Source: Dehalococcoidia bacterium
GTDB lineage: Bacteria > Chloroflexota > Dehalococcoidia > Lucifugimonadales > UBA3495
Length of the DNA: 64,000 nt
Assembly (NCBI GenBank): GCA_965243185.1
Contig: OZ251531.1
Location: 543,665-607,664, forward strand
Direction: 5' to 3'
Shown here: in pieces, positions 1 to 9,500 of the stretch
How positions within the stretch are numbered: position 1 is the first letter of the stretch
Layout: every line of letters begins with the position of its first letter
Notes under the pieces: model-generated
What the model saw: only the letters and a program-made list of their open reading frames with translations
Told to the model about the DNA's origin: nothing
Database searches by the model: none
Program-made: the position numbers and the translations under genes

Positions 1-487
1 CCATGCCGGAGATGTAGCCAAAGCGTTCCTCGGGGGAGATGGTTTCGCGGGCGCGGACGAGGCGGTCGTGGAGGGTGAGGGAGCCGAAGCGGCCGCCCCA
101 GCGGGATTCGTTGACATAGTACTCGGCGTTGCTCATGCTTTCGACGCCGCCGGCGATGACGGCGTCGGCGTTTTCGGTTTGGACGAGCATGGCGGCGTTG
201 AGGATGGCCTGCAAGCCGGAGGAGCAGCGGCGGTCAAGTTGGTAGCCGGGTACTTCGATGGGGAGGTCGGCTTTGAGGCCGGCAAGGCGGCCGATGGCGG
301 GATTTTCGCCGTTGGGATAGCCGAGGCCGAGGATGACATCGTCGATGCGGGTGGGGTCGATGCCGCTGCGCTGGACGGTTTCCTTGATGACGATGGAGCC
401 GAGGTCGGCGGCGGATACATTTTTAAGGCCGCCGCCAAAGGTGCCGACGGCGGTGCGGACGGGGGAAACGATGGCGACTCCGCGCAT
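1..487 (-). CDS. acetyl-CoA C-acetyltransferase (thiolase), N-terminal part; the 3' end lies beyond the window start
   Basis: Reverse-strand translation from ATG 487 (alternative ATG 493; AGGAG at 496-500) reads MRGVAIVSPVRTAVGTFGGGLKNVSAADLGSIVIKE...GYQLDRRCSSGLQAILNAAMLVQTENADAVIAGGVESMS. This is the thiolase N-terminal domain with the active-site Cys context. It is absent from the ORF track because it runs off the edge; + ORF 68..625 is its antisense shadow. Confidence 0.85.
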   Translation of the reverse strand, partial: MRGVAIVSPVRTAVGTFGGGLKNVSAADLGSIVIKETVQRSGIDPTRIDDVILGLGYPNGENPAIGRLAGLKADLPIEVPGYQLDRRCSSGLQAILNAAMLVQTENADAVIAGGVESMSNAEYYVNESRWGGRFGSLTLHDRLVRARETISPEERFGYISGM

Positions 488-674
488 TTGCATTGCTCCT
501 TGTTTTTGATGGCCCGGGTTTGGGGGATTAGGCGGGTAGTATATTACATTATGGTTGGGGGGATGTCTAACGGTGAGGGTGGGGGGATGGGGGCTTTTAA
601 TTTTCCGCAATCATTTGACATTTGACCAAACTCTTGCCTGCTCGTATAGTACGCCGCATCAGGAGTAATGATTT

Positions 675-1709
675 ATGCAACTACTTGCCGCAGAAACCGC
701 CCGCCGCTCCATAATGCTCCTTACCCGGTTCCTGCTGGCGTCGGTCATGGCCGCGCTGCTGGCCTGCGGCCCGGTAGCCCAGCCGACCCCGGAAAATACC
801 GGTATCCTCCCGGCTATGCCGAATACCCCGATACCGACGCCCACCGTTGCGCTGGCTCCTGCCGTGTCCCCTGAACCCGCGCATACAACTGCGCCGCCGC
901 CAACGGCAACCCGGCCGCTTACCCCGGTCAACACTCCAGTAACGCCGCCGCCAATTCCGGTGGACACCCCACTTCCTCCGTCAACCCCGGCCCGCAATTA
1001 CCCCAAATTGTCCCCCACCACCGAAAAACCGGCGGCCGAACCCACCCCGTCTCCCGGCGGAGACAGTAAAACGACCGTCGAAACCTATGCGGCCGTGAGG
1101 ATTTGGACTTGTACCGGTCTCTATTCCCCCGCCACTGAAGCGTTGATCGATTGGCTGCGCGACCATAGTGTTGACGGCTGGCCCATAATACTATGGGGAG
1201 AAAATTACATTATTGCCGACCGGGTGGCGTCATCCTTGATGGACAGATTGTCCCAACGGGATGGTGTTTTCGGCGTTGACCATATTCAAGAAACCCCTCC
1301 TCCGATAGATTACCAAGGTGGAGAAGTTATGCCGCCGCCCCCGCCGATACCGGCCCCGAAGTACCCCAAACTAGACACCGACCTGGACAGCTTGGTCCTG
1401 GCCTTTATGAAATGCCCCGGCGCCGCTTGGCCGGATTCTGCTGACCCTCAAGTACCAGTGGAGGTTTGGCTGAGGGACAACCCGGATACTGCCAGTACCC
1501 GAGCAGTAGTATCCTGGCTCAAAGCCAACGGCATCGCCAGCCAGGACATTTACCTTTATAAGTATAAGGCTTGGGCTGAATTGTACGGTGATGGAAGTTT
1601 TATCATCCTTTACCAATTCCCGGCCTCTCTGCTGCTCCCCCTGTCGGAACAATCCAGCGTCCTCGGCATCAGTAAATATGTCACCGGGGTCGCCCACCCG
1701 GCTCAGTAG
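675..1709 (+). CDS. putative lipoprotein of unknown function (lipobox, Pro/Thr-rich linker, C-terminal globular part)
   Basis: AGGAG at 661-665 lies 9 nt before ATG 675. The N-terminus ...MLLTRFLLASVMAALLACGP has a signal peptide with a lipobox-like LLAC, followed by ~100 aa of P/T/A-rich linker. No recognisable catalytic motifs. Confidence 0.6.
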   Translation: MQLLAAETARRSIMLLTRFLLASVMAALLACGPVAQPTPENTGILPAMPNTPIPTPTVALAPAVSPEPAHTTAPPPTATRPLTPVNTPVTPPPIPVDTPLPPSTPARNYPKLSPTTEKPAAEPTPSPGGDSKTTVETYAAVRIWTCTGLYSPATEALIDWLRDHSVDGWPIILWGENYIIADRVASSLMDRLSQRDGVFGVDHIQETPPPIDYQGGEVMPPPPPIPAPKYPKLDTDLDSLVLAFMKCPGAAWPDSADPQVPVEVWLRDNPDTASTRAVVSWLKANGIASQDIYLYKYKAWAELYGDGSFIILYQFPASLLLPLSEQSSVLGISKYVTGVAHPAQ

Positions 1710-2020
1710 CCGCCCCCGGATGGCGGCCATCGGGCAATCTGCTCCCAGCCACGGGTTTTTTAATTTCCACACCGACGCTTGCATTCCTTTGTAACCGGTG
1801 CCGGAAAAAAGGGCAAGTCGTTGTTGCAGCACGCTCACTGCGAGCCGATTTTCCCAGGGGTTTTCGACAGTTAAAATGCTTTGGGGGTAACGGAGTGGGG
1901 CGGTAGGGCTATCGCATATACCTAGGGACTCTTGATTCCCACTTTCGTGGGAATGACGATTTCTGTAGGCGATAACCCGGCGGCGGCAGGGCAAAAGTAT
2001 GGCAGGGGTAGGTTGGGGCG

Positions 2021-2029
2021 TGATAGAAT
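2021..2029 (+). promoter_or_regulatory. extended -10-like element (TGATAGAAT) upstream of tRNA-Ala
   Basis: tgatagaat ends 21 nt before the tRNA 5' end and matches the TGnTAnAAT pattern seen at several other gene starts in this window. Confidence 0.35.
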
Positions 2030-2050
2030 GGAGGGGCCGCGCCGGTAGAT

Positions 2051-2125
2051 GGGGGTGTAGCTCAGTGGGAGAGCACCTGCTTTGCACGCAGGGGGTCAGG
2101 GGTTCGAATCCCCTCACCTCCACCA
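2051..2125 (+). tRNA. tRNA-Ala (anticodon UGC), CCA encoded
   Basis: GGGGGTGTAGCTCAGTGGGAGAGCACCTGCTTTGCACGCAGGGGGTCAGGGGTTCGAATCCCCTCACCTCCACCA. Acceptor stem GGGGGTG/CACCTCC includes the Ala identity G3:U70 pair. Anticodon stem-loop is cctgc-TTTGCAC-gcagg, and the T-arm is GGGGTTCGAATCCCC. Confidence 0.95.
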
Positions 2126-2282
2126 GGGTTTTTAGGGATGGTTGGCGACCTCAGTTTTGGATATTATTATCGAAAAATGACGCCGGGCCCATTGACATAA
2201 CCATTCCGGAAAAGTACTGTGCCGGTCGCCGAGGGCTGTTTGCTACCACGGGCTTTAACTGCGGGGAGAAGGGGGTAAATCC

Positions 2283-5183
2283 GTGGCGATTAACGAAAGG
2301 GCAATGAATGCTTACATCGCGGAGGCGATGCAGGAGTTCGCGCCGCCGAACTACACGGTGCGGGTGGAGGAACACGGCGTTGCGCTGGAGGGGAACACCA
2401 GCCCGGATTTCATTGTAGAAATGCCCTATGGCTTGCGTACCATCATTGAAACGGAATATGACGCGCCGGCTATTGGGGACGCCAAGGCGCGGTTGGGCTA
2501 CCAGTTTCGGGACTACTTGATTCCGATGAAAAGCGTTTTGGCGGTGGGCATCCCGGAAAGGCTGGGCAATTTGGGCCACTTTGAGCGGCGTCCGATTTTG
2601 CGGAGCGGCGAACCGCAATTTCTGATGCAGGTAGTAACCGGCCGGTCGGAGGATGACCCGAACATCCGAATTACGCCGGAGCGGCCGGCGTTGGTAGCAT
2701 TGCAAGACTTGGCTCAATACGCTTGGCTGGCGGCGATACCGGAGCCTTACGCCAAGGAGGTCGTGGATAGGGTAATCCGACGGCTGCAAGCCGCTAAAAA
2801 GGAATTGACCGGCCTGCTGCGTATTTCCGAGGCGGCGACGCAAGAGGAACTGACGCGGCGGTATGGGAATCATGACAGCGGCAATGGGCTGGAGAGTGTA
2901 GCCGGCAATGTGGTGGGGACTTTGGCCAGTATGATTCAGCTGCACATGAACTTGAAGGAATGGGGCAGCTTGGGGCAAATACAAGGCATTGACGCGGCGG
3001 AGTTCTGGCAGGGGGTCGAGCCGTACAACGGGATAGCGGGGCGCATTGCCCGGGAATGGCGCAAGATTGAGGGAGTGGACTATATGCCGCTCTCGACTAT
3101 TGCGGCCGGGATGTTGGAGGATACCGATTTGTCGGCGAAGTTGGGCGGGGCGCTGCGGGTAATACAGGAAACGATGGCGGAGTATATTCAAGCCGGCATC
3201 AGCGCGACGAACAATGTGGCGGCGGAAATCTGGCAGGCGTTGATCCCGGACCGGGATCAGCGGGCGGCCTATTACACCAAGCCGGCCACTGCCGAGATGC
3301 TGGCGAACCTGACCAGCGCGCGGCTGGCAGACCCGGCGGCGGCGCGGTACAACGAAATCTGCGCGGGAACCGGGACTATCGCCCGGGCCACCGAGGAAAA
3401 CATACGGTTTCGGCATTATGCGGCCAAGACCGCTCCCGAGGATAAGGTCAGCATCCACGCCCAGCGGATGGAGGGCTACATCCAACTGACGGACATCAAT
3501 CCCCAGTCCATATCGGTGGCTACGGCTAATATGGCGTCGTTGGAACCGGAGACGGCGTTCCAGACCAGTTCCATCTTTGCCATTACCAGCGATGGCGGGT
3601 CGCTGAACTTTCTTACGGCGGAAGGGGTAGCCAATTTGGGCGAGGGGATTATCGGGAGTCACGGCACTCGGGGGGAGATGCTGACGGTTATTCCGAACAC
3701 TATCGGCATCTGCTGCAACAACGACCCTTATTTTCGGCCGCGCGGCGGGGCGCGCAGTCCCATCAGCAGTTCGGTTATGGCGGGGTATAAACGACTGGCG
3801 GACCGGCGGGTTGACGGGGTGGCGCACGGCCAGGCCGGGTTGGCTACTTTTATGCACGTGATTGAGCATGAGATGCTGGGCTACGGGTGTCCGCACGGCA
3901 AGGTGCTGCCGCTGACGGCGGCCCATTCGGAGAGTTACAAGGGTTTCCGGCGGAACATTGAGCGGGAATACTGCGAGGTTATCGCCATCAGCACGGCGGC
4001 CGGGGACGGCACTTCGATGTCTGCGGATACGGGGATTCAGGAGATGCTGCTGATTGGGAGCAAGCAAGCCAACCCTAACGGCAACGGCAATGGCAACGGC
4101 CATTGGCAGAACGGCGACCGGGCAGTAACCTGCGTGAACTTGAAACGGACTTTTGGGAACAAGCTGGAGGCGAAGTTGTTTGCCGACGCCATTCGGCGGG
4201 AGCTGGCCCTCGGCAAGCCCTCGGGCGAGATTGTAGTTGGGGTGGAGGTTGGCACTTACTATCGGATGACCGGGTTGGGGGAAGGCAATCCCTGGTCGGC
4301 ATTGGGCATCAGTGGGGATTATGCGGTTCTGACGGAACACGTTACTGAGGGGCGGGCTTGGGTTTCGGCGACCGGGGCAATAATGGAGTTCGGGATGCCG
4401 ATGACGGTCTTGGGCAGCTTGGCGGACAAGGGGCCGACGCATCACTTGCTGGGTTGTCTCCCGGAAAGGGAGGTTCCGAATCAGATAGGCGCGTTTGTTA
4501 TGCACCCGGCGGGAGAAACGGAGCGGCGGGAAAACCCGTCTTTGTGGGAGTTGCAGGCGGGGCAACAGGTGCGAATAACTTGCCAGCCGACGCATTACGG
4601 AGAGCCGCGCAGCACTCCGGAGGAAGCGCGGCGGATGTTGCAGACGGCCGGCCGGTTTCACTTGTCGCGTAACTTGAGTATGAGCGCGCAGAAAATCGCC
4701 GTGGCTTACACCGAGGTTGATTGTATGGGCGGCCGGTCGTGGACTACCCTTAAAGCTGAGGCCGGGGTAGCCGAAGCCATCGCCCTGTTTCTGAACAGCA
4801 CCTACGGAATGTTGATCCGGATCGGTTACGGTCAGTCCACCTACTTGGGCCGTTCGCCCATTCAGGTCAGGGCAATTGACGGCCATCCGATACCGGATTT
4901 TGCCAGCGACAGCGACGCCGGGCGGGCGGCGCGCCGCATTGCCGGGGAGAACTTTGAGCGGCTGCGGCAACTGGAGTTGGAGCGGGTTAGTTTGAGCGTC
5001 CTGGACGAGAACCGGGCGGAGATTGACCGGGTGGTTACGCTGATGTTGGGTCTGCCGTGGAATGGGGAGACGGAGCAGATGCTGAATACCTGGCGGCGGC
5101 TGATGTGTTTGCAGCCGGGGGTGAATGCCGGGAACCGGGAAACGCGGAAAAGGTTGGCGGCGGCGGGAGTTGGGGCGGATTAA
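2283..5183 (+). CDS. large fusion protein: N-terminal HsdR-N/PD-(D/E)xK-like region, gamma-class N6-adenine DNA methyltransferase-like core, ~400-aa C-terminal region (type IIG-like architecture; paralog of 23747..26866)
   Basis: 966-aa ORF with GTG start preceded by aggggg. N-terminus: SPDFIVEMPYGLRTIIETEYD. MTase motifs: AAYYTKPATAEML (YTP-type motif X), NEICAGTGTIA (motif I), CNNDPYF in the position of NPPY (motif IV, degenerate). VLPLTAAHSESYKGFRRNIEREY is shared almost verbatim with the paralog. Confidence 0.7.
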   Translation: MAINERAMNAYIAEAMQEFAPPNYTVRVEEHGVALEGNTSPDFIVEMPYGLRTIIETEYDAPAIGDAKARLGYQFRDYLIPMKSVLAVGIPERLGNLGHFERRPILRSGEPQFLMQVVTGRSEDDPNIRITPERPALVALQDLAQYAWLAAIPEPYAKEVVDRVIRRLQAAKKELTGLLRISEAATQEELTRRYGNHDSGNGLESVAGNVVGTLASMIQLHMNLKEWGSLGQIQGIDAAEFWQGVEPYNGIAGRIAREWRKIEGVDYMPLSTIAAGMLEDTDLSAKLGGALRVIQETMAEYIQAGISATNNVAAEIWQALIPDRDQRAAYYTKPATAEMLANLTSARLADPAAARYNEICAGTGTIARATEENIRFRHYAAKTAPEDKVSIHAQRMEGYIQLTDINPQSISVATANMASLEPETAFQTSSIFAITSDGGSLNFLTAEGVANLGEGIIGSHGTRGEMLTVIPNTIGICCNNDPYFRPRGGARSPISSSVMAGYKRLADRRVDGVAHGQAGLATFMHVIEHEMLGYGCPHGKVLPLTAAHSESYKGFRRNIEREYCEVIAISTAAGDGTSMSADTGIQEMLLIGSKQANPNGNGNGNGHWQNGDRAVTCVNLKRTFGNKLEAKLFADAIRRELALGKPSGEIVVGVEVGTYYRMTGLGEGNPWSALGISGDYAVLTEHVTEGRAWVSATGAIMEFGMPMTVLGSLADKGPTHHLLGCLPEREVPNQIGAFVMHPAGETERRENPSLWELQAGQQVRITCQPTHYGEPRSTPEEARRMLQTAGRFHLSRNLSMSAQKIAVAYTEVDCMGGRSWTTLKAEAGVAEAIALFLNSTYGMLIRIGYGQSTYLGRSPIQVRAIDGHPIPDFASDSDAGRAARRIAGENFERLRQLELERVSLSVLDENRAEIDRVVTLMLGLPWNGETEQMLNTWRRLMCLQPGVNAGNRETRKRLAAAGVGAD

Positions 5184-5235
5184 CAGTCCGCCCCGGGATA
5201 TGTTGGCGGGTTTTGCGGCTTGCCCCGTCCGGGCT

Positions 5236-5631
5236 TTAAGCGCCAATCCAGCCGGAACCGGAGATGTCGATGACCTGCTGGTCGGGGCCGCGGTATTTGA
5301 GTTCGTAGTAGGATTGGCCGTGGGGGTTGTTCATCTCGATGCGCTGGTTGAGGGGCTGCGCGCCTTCGGCTTCGAGTTTCCGGCAGGCATCGTCCATGTC
5401 CTCGACCATAAAGCCGAGGTGGTCGATGCCGGCGTAGCCGGCGGTGTCCCGGGGGCTGACGCCGTCGCCCTGGTCGACGGATTTGAGGATGGCCAAGTTG
5501 ATGTAGCCGTCGGAGAGGTAGCAACCGGCGGCGGCCTTGCCCACTTCCTCGAGCCCAAAGACTTTGACATAGAAGGCGGCGGTCTGCTCCGGGTCGGGGG
5601 TGCGGATGGCAATGTGCTTGATGCGGGGCAT
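5236..5631 (-). CDS. VOC family protein (glyoxalase/bleomycin resistance/dioxygenase fold)
   Basis: 131 aa; MPRIKHIAIRTPDPEQTAAFYVKVFGLEEV...GIDHLGFMVEDMDDACRKLEAEG is typical of the VOC beta-alpha-beta-beta-beta module. AGGAGG RBS upstream of the start. Confidence 0.8.
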   Translation of the reverse strand: MPRIKHIAIRTPDPEQTAAFYVKVFGLEEVGKAAAGCYLSDGYINLAILKSVDQGDGVSPRDTAGYAGIDHLGFMVEDMDDACRKLEAEGAQPLNQRIEMNNPHGQSYYELKYRGPDQQVIDISGSGWIGA

Positions 5632-5865
5632 TGGCGTTCCTCCTTTGCGGTCAGGTTGGAGAGATTATACCGGATTCCCGCTGCGTTCCCAAGCCCAGCG
5701 GATGGCGGCGGTAGCGGCGGTAATTTTATCCCCCTTTGGTTTCGGATGTTGGCGGATAGCATTATAACCGGTAGCGGGAAAGGATAGAATGGGGGATAAT
5801 GGGGCGGGGATTAGGGCGAAAAGGGGATAACGCGGTTAGCGGGATTTGGTTTTAAGGAGGGCGTT

Positions 5866-6228
5866 ATGGACTTGGTGGAGGAGCAGCTGCGGAACAGCCG
5901 GACGATTGCGGTGGTGGGGCTGTCGGATAACCCGGAGCGGGACAGCAACCGGGTGGCCCGGTATATGCAGCGGCAAGGGTATCGGATTATTCCGGTGAAT
6001 CCGATGATTGCGGCGGCGCTGGGGGAGAAAAGTTACCCGGACCTGAAGTCGGTGCCGGAGCCGATTGATCTGGTGGATATTTTCCGCCGGTCGGAACTGG
6101 TGGCGCCGGTGGTGGATGAAGCCATTGCCGTGGGAGCGCGGTATATCTGGATGCAGGATGGGGTGATTAACCCGGAGGCGGCGGCAAAGGCAAAGGCGGC
6201 GGGGATTCCGGTGGTGATGGATGATTGA
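5866..6228 (+). CDS. CoA-binding domain protein (YccU-like)
   Basis: 120 aa; SRTIAVVGLSDNPERDSNRVARYMQRQGYRIIPVNP...VDIFRRSE matches the CoA_binding_2 pattern. AAGGAGG RBS. Confidence 0.8.
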   Translation: MDLVEEQLRNSRTIAVVGLSDNPERDSNRVARYMQRQGYRIIPVNPMIAAALGEKSYPDLKSVPEPIDLVDIFRRSELVAPVVDEAIAVGARYIWMQDGVINPEAAAKAKAAGIPVVMDD

Positions 6229-6283
6229 ACGCTGCGGCAGCATCGTCGCCGGTTCGGCGGCAAGTAGGGCAAGAAGTTGACCG

Positions 6284-6312
6284 GGGGCGGGTTGGATGGC
6301 CCGCCCCTTTTT
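6284..6312 (+). terminator. rho-independent terminator after the CoA-binding protein gene
   Basis: ggggcggg (6284-6291), 8-nt loop, cccgcccc (6300-6307), then TTTTT (6308-6312). Confidence 0.7.
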
Positions 6313-6592
6313 GCTGGGGGGAGTATGGGCTAACCCGGCGGGAAGGACAGCCGGGAGTTGGCGGCGGGGGCTTTGGCGGATATTGGGCGTTGGCGGGGAC
6401 GCAGACCGGGCGGATTTGTGGTAATATATTCGCCGCTTTAACCCCGTTTTAACCGGGCGTTAAAATTTGCCCCGTCCGGGGCAAACCCTTTAGCCAGCAG
6501 GCTGCATTATGGCAAAATTTTGTCCCGGTTGGGATATATTGCCTAATTTAATATCTATCATTATGAACCCTGATAGGGGGGGGGTAGCGGCA

Positions 6593-9500
6593 ATGCTGGC
6601 GCGCATTGCCGTTGCCTTGCGGTTGCTGCCGCTCCCCGCCCTGGCCGGTTTGCTGGCGGTGGTGGGCGGCGTTATTGCCTTTGGGCTGATGCTGGACGGC
6701 GCGGCGGCCCAATCGGACCCGGGGCTGCCGGTGGAGCCTAATGACATCCGCTATAAGCAGGTGGACGCCAGCCGTTGGGCTACCTGCGGTATCACCACGG
6801 AAAATCATCTGCGCTGCTGGGGCGATACCACCCACGGCCCCTTTCTGGCGGAAGGCTACCAGCAGGTGGCCGTGGGCAACTTTCATGTCTGCGCCCTGAA
6901 CCTGGCCGGCAATCCGGTTTGTTGGGGCGAAAACCGGTCGGTGCCGCAGCCGTCGCCCACGCCGGCGGGCTGCACTACTTGTCCGCCGCCGGCGCCGGGA
7001 CTGCCGCAATATCAAGCATCAGTCCCGGACGCCATCGCCAATACGGTATTCAGCGCCATCGTCGCCAGCCACTCCCACAACTGCGCCCTGCGCGCCGCCG
7101 ACCGGCAAGCGGTCTGTTGGGGCAACGACGATCACGGCCAGTCCACGCCGCCGGTACACTCCCATACCGACACCGCCACGCCGCTGGCCACTACCGAAAC
7201 GCCGTACACTTTTACCCAACTGGCCGCCGGCGGGTTTCTAACCTGCGGGCGGCATGATGTCACCACTACCTATACCGACAACAGCCCGACGCCGCAGTCG
7301 GTAACGGTGCAGACCGCCGGGGAAGTTTTGTGCTGGGGCGATGACCTTTATGGCGCGGTGACCGGAGCCGCCGCCCAAGCCGGTCAAGCCTTTGCTCACC
7401 TGGCCGTGGGGGCTACCGAAAATTGGGCTTGCGGCGTTCAGCAGGATGGGGCGGATGCCGGCAAAGCCCTTTGTTGGGGCCGCCGCAGCATTGACACGGT
7501 AACGGACCCGATGAGCGCGGACTATTCCAGTCCCGGCCCGGCGGGAACGGCGGCGGCAAACACTACCTTTACCCAACTGGCGGCCGGCCTGTATCACAGC
7601 TGCGGTATTCAGGACGGGCAAGGCAGTCAGACCGCCGGGGAAGTCCTATGTTGGGGAACGGCGGGCGATACTGAGCATCACGCCTACGGGATTTTTGATG
7701 TGGGGCAGTTCGCTACTCCCGCGGACGGGAACGGCGTTGCCTACCGCTTTGCCGCCATCGCCGCCGGGGAACTGCACAACTGCGGCATTCTGAACGGGGA
7801 AAACGGGCAAACTGCCGGAGAAATGCGCTGTTGGGGGTCAGAAATTCCCGCCGATTTATACGCGCGGGATGTCTATGATTATGGCGTGGCCCGGCCTTGG
7901 GAGAGCCGCGACCCGGCGCTGATTAAGGTTGACGACCCGGAATACGCCCTTACCTCTGCTCAGTATTTTTCCTGCGCTCTGGCGGTGAACGGCGGCGTCA
8001 AATGCTGGGGTAGTACCAACGCCGGCGGGGTCGCCTGGCAGCCGGGGCCGTTCACCGCCATTGCATCCTCGAGTTTTACCACCTGCGGTTTGCAAGCCGC
8101 CGGCGTCCCCCTCTGCTGGGGAGTTGGCCCCCAAAGCGGCGGCGTACCGTTTCAAGGTTTTTCGGTAGTTCCCACCATCAAAGCCGCCGCCGTAGCCGCC
8201 GGCGGCAGCCATACCTGCGCCATCCTGTCCGACTATTTATCCCAGGATGCCGCCGCCATCCGCTGTTGGGGCGCGGATTCCTGGGGGCAGGTTTCGGCAA
8301 CTACCGATGCGGTGGATGCGGCGAATCAAGCCAATGTGCAGACCTTGACCGGGCGGGATGATTACCGCTTTGCGGCCGTGGCGGCCGGGACGGCGCACAC
8401 CTGCGGTTTGCTGAACGGGGACGGAACGCAGACCTCCGGCCAGGTTCTATGCTGGGGACAGAATGATGCTAACCAAGCCAATGTGCCGGCGCCGGCCAGC
8501 GGCGTTTATACTTTTTCCGCTATTGTTGCCGGGTGGGAGCATAGCTGCGGGATTTTGGCGGACGGCGATCCGGACACCAGCGGGGCGCAGCAGGCCGGGC
8601 AAGTTCTCTGTTGGGGGAACAATACCGCCGGGCAAACCACCGTGCCGGTGCATTCCCATACCGACACCGCCAGCCCGCCGGTCACTACCGAAACGGCTTA
8701 TACCTTTGCCAAAGTGACAGTGGGCGTTGACCACACTTGCGGTATCCACGATGTTACTGCTACCTACACTGACAACAGCCCGACGCCGCAGACGGTAACG
8801 GTGCAGACCGCCGGGCAGCTGCGTTGTTGGGGCGGCGACGCTTACGGGCAAAGCACGGCTGCCGCGCCCAGCGGCAGCGATAAAATCGCCTGCACCCGGG
8901 ACGCTACGACTAACGAACCGACGCCGGCTAACTGCAACTACCATACTGCCGGGGCCGATTTGTCCACCATGACCTTTTCCCGGGCGGCCGCCGGGGACGG
9001 CTTTACCTGCGCGATTTTGCAGGACAGCGATACCGGAACTACCGGCAATCAGGATGAAGGGAAAGTCCGCTGCTGGGGGAAAAATGAGCAGCGGCAGGTA
9101 TTGGCATTGGAACCGGCCCCGCGCTCGGGCGCCCCTGCTGCTACTTACCAAGTACCGCCGGTGGGTATCCAGGAATCCAGCGGCGACTATGCCTTGTCCA
9201 TCAGCGCCGGCGACTCTCATGCCTGCGCCGTCTTGGCCCGCAGCGCATCCGGGACGCAAAAACCGGTACGCTGCTGGGGCGAACTGGCCGACGGGCAGCG
9301 GGCCTATACCTATGGCCGGCTCGGCTCCGGCTCCCACTGGCCCGGCTTCTTTTTCAACTTTTCCCACGATGTGGCGGAAGTGGCGTCGGGCCGCAACCAT
9401 TACTGCATTCGGCTCAGCGGCGTTGACCTCCCTTCCAGTCGCATCGACCCGGGCGAACTGTTCTGCAACGGCCCGGCCGCCAATGGCGCGGTTGCCATCC

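Noticed and set aside
68-625. 185-aa plus-strand ORF at the left edge.
   Set aside because: It is antisense to a clearly recognisable thiolase N-terminus on the minus strand. Its translation is Gly/Ala/Asp-rich with no motif.
1934-1957. Small palindromic unit gattcccacTTTCgtgggaatgac, related to gtcattccgaccaacgggaggaatc at 17174-17198 (GTCATTCC...GGAATC pattern), considered as a REP-like dispersed repeat family.
   Set aside because: There are only two loosely similar copies in 64 kb, and the second is an imperfect hairpin. That is too little evidence without a whole-genome count.
4077-4100. (AACGGC)4-like microsatellite encoding GNGNGNG, considered as a phase-variation tract.
   Set aside because: The unit length is 6 nt, so length changes stay in frame. 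The tract is also interrupted (aatggc). It is low-complexity linker rather than a frameshift switch.
2126-5240. Integration-island signature next to tRNA-Ala (a direct repeat of the tRNA 3' end marking an att site).
   Set aside because: I found no copy of ggttcgaatcccctcacctcca, or a substantial part of it, downstream of the 2283-5183 gene. No integrase gene is present. The tRNA adjacency is noted, but an island boundary cannot be supported.
2151-5246. 1031-aa minus-strand ORF covering the whole 2283-5183 gene. Similar long antisense ORFs occur at 11168-12433, 20092-21522, 22199-23605, 36321-38477, 39756-41939 and 42460-44397.
   Set aside because: Their translations are Arg/Pro/Gly/His-rich low-complexity strings with no motifs. 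Each mirrors a sense-strand gene that has clear family signatures, an RBS and GC3 bias. These are typical shadow ORFs of high-GC DNA.
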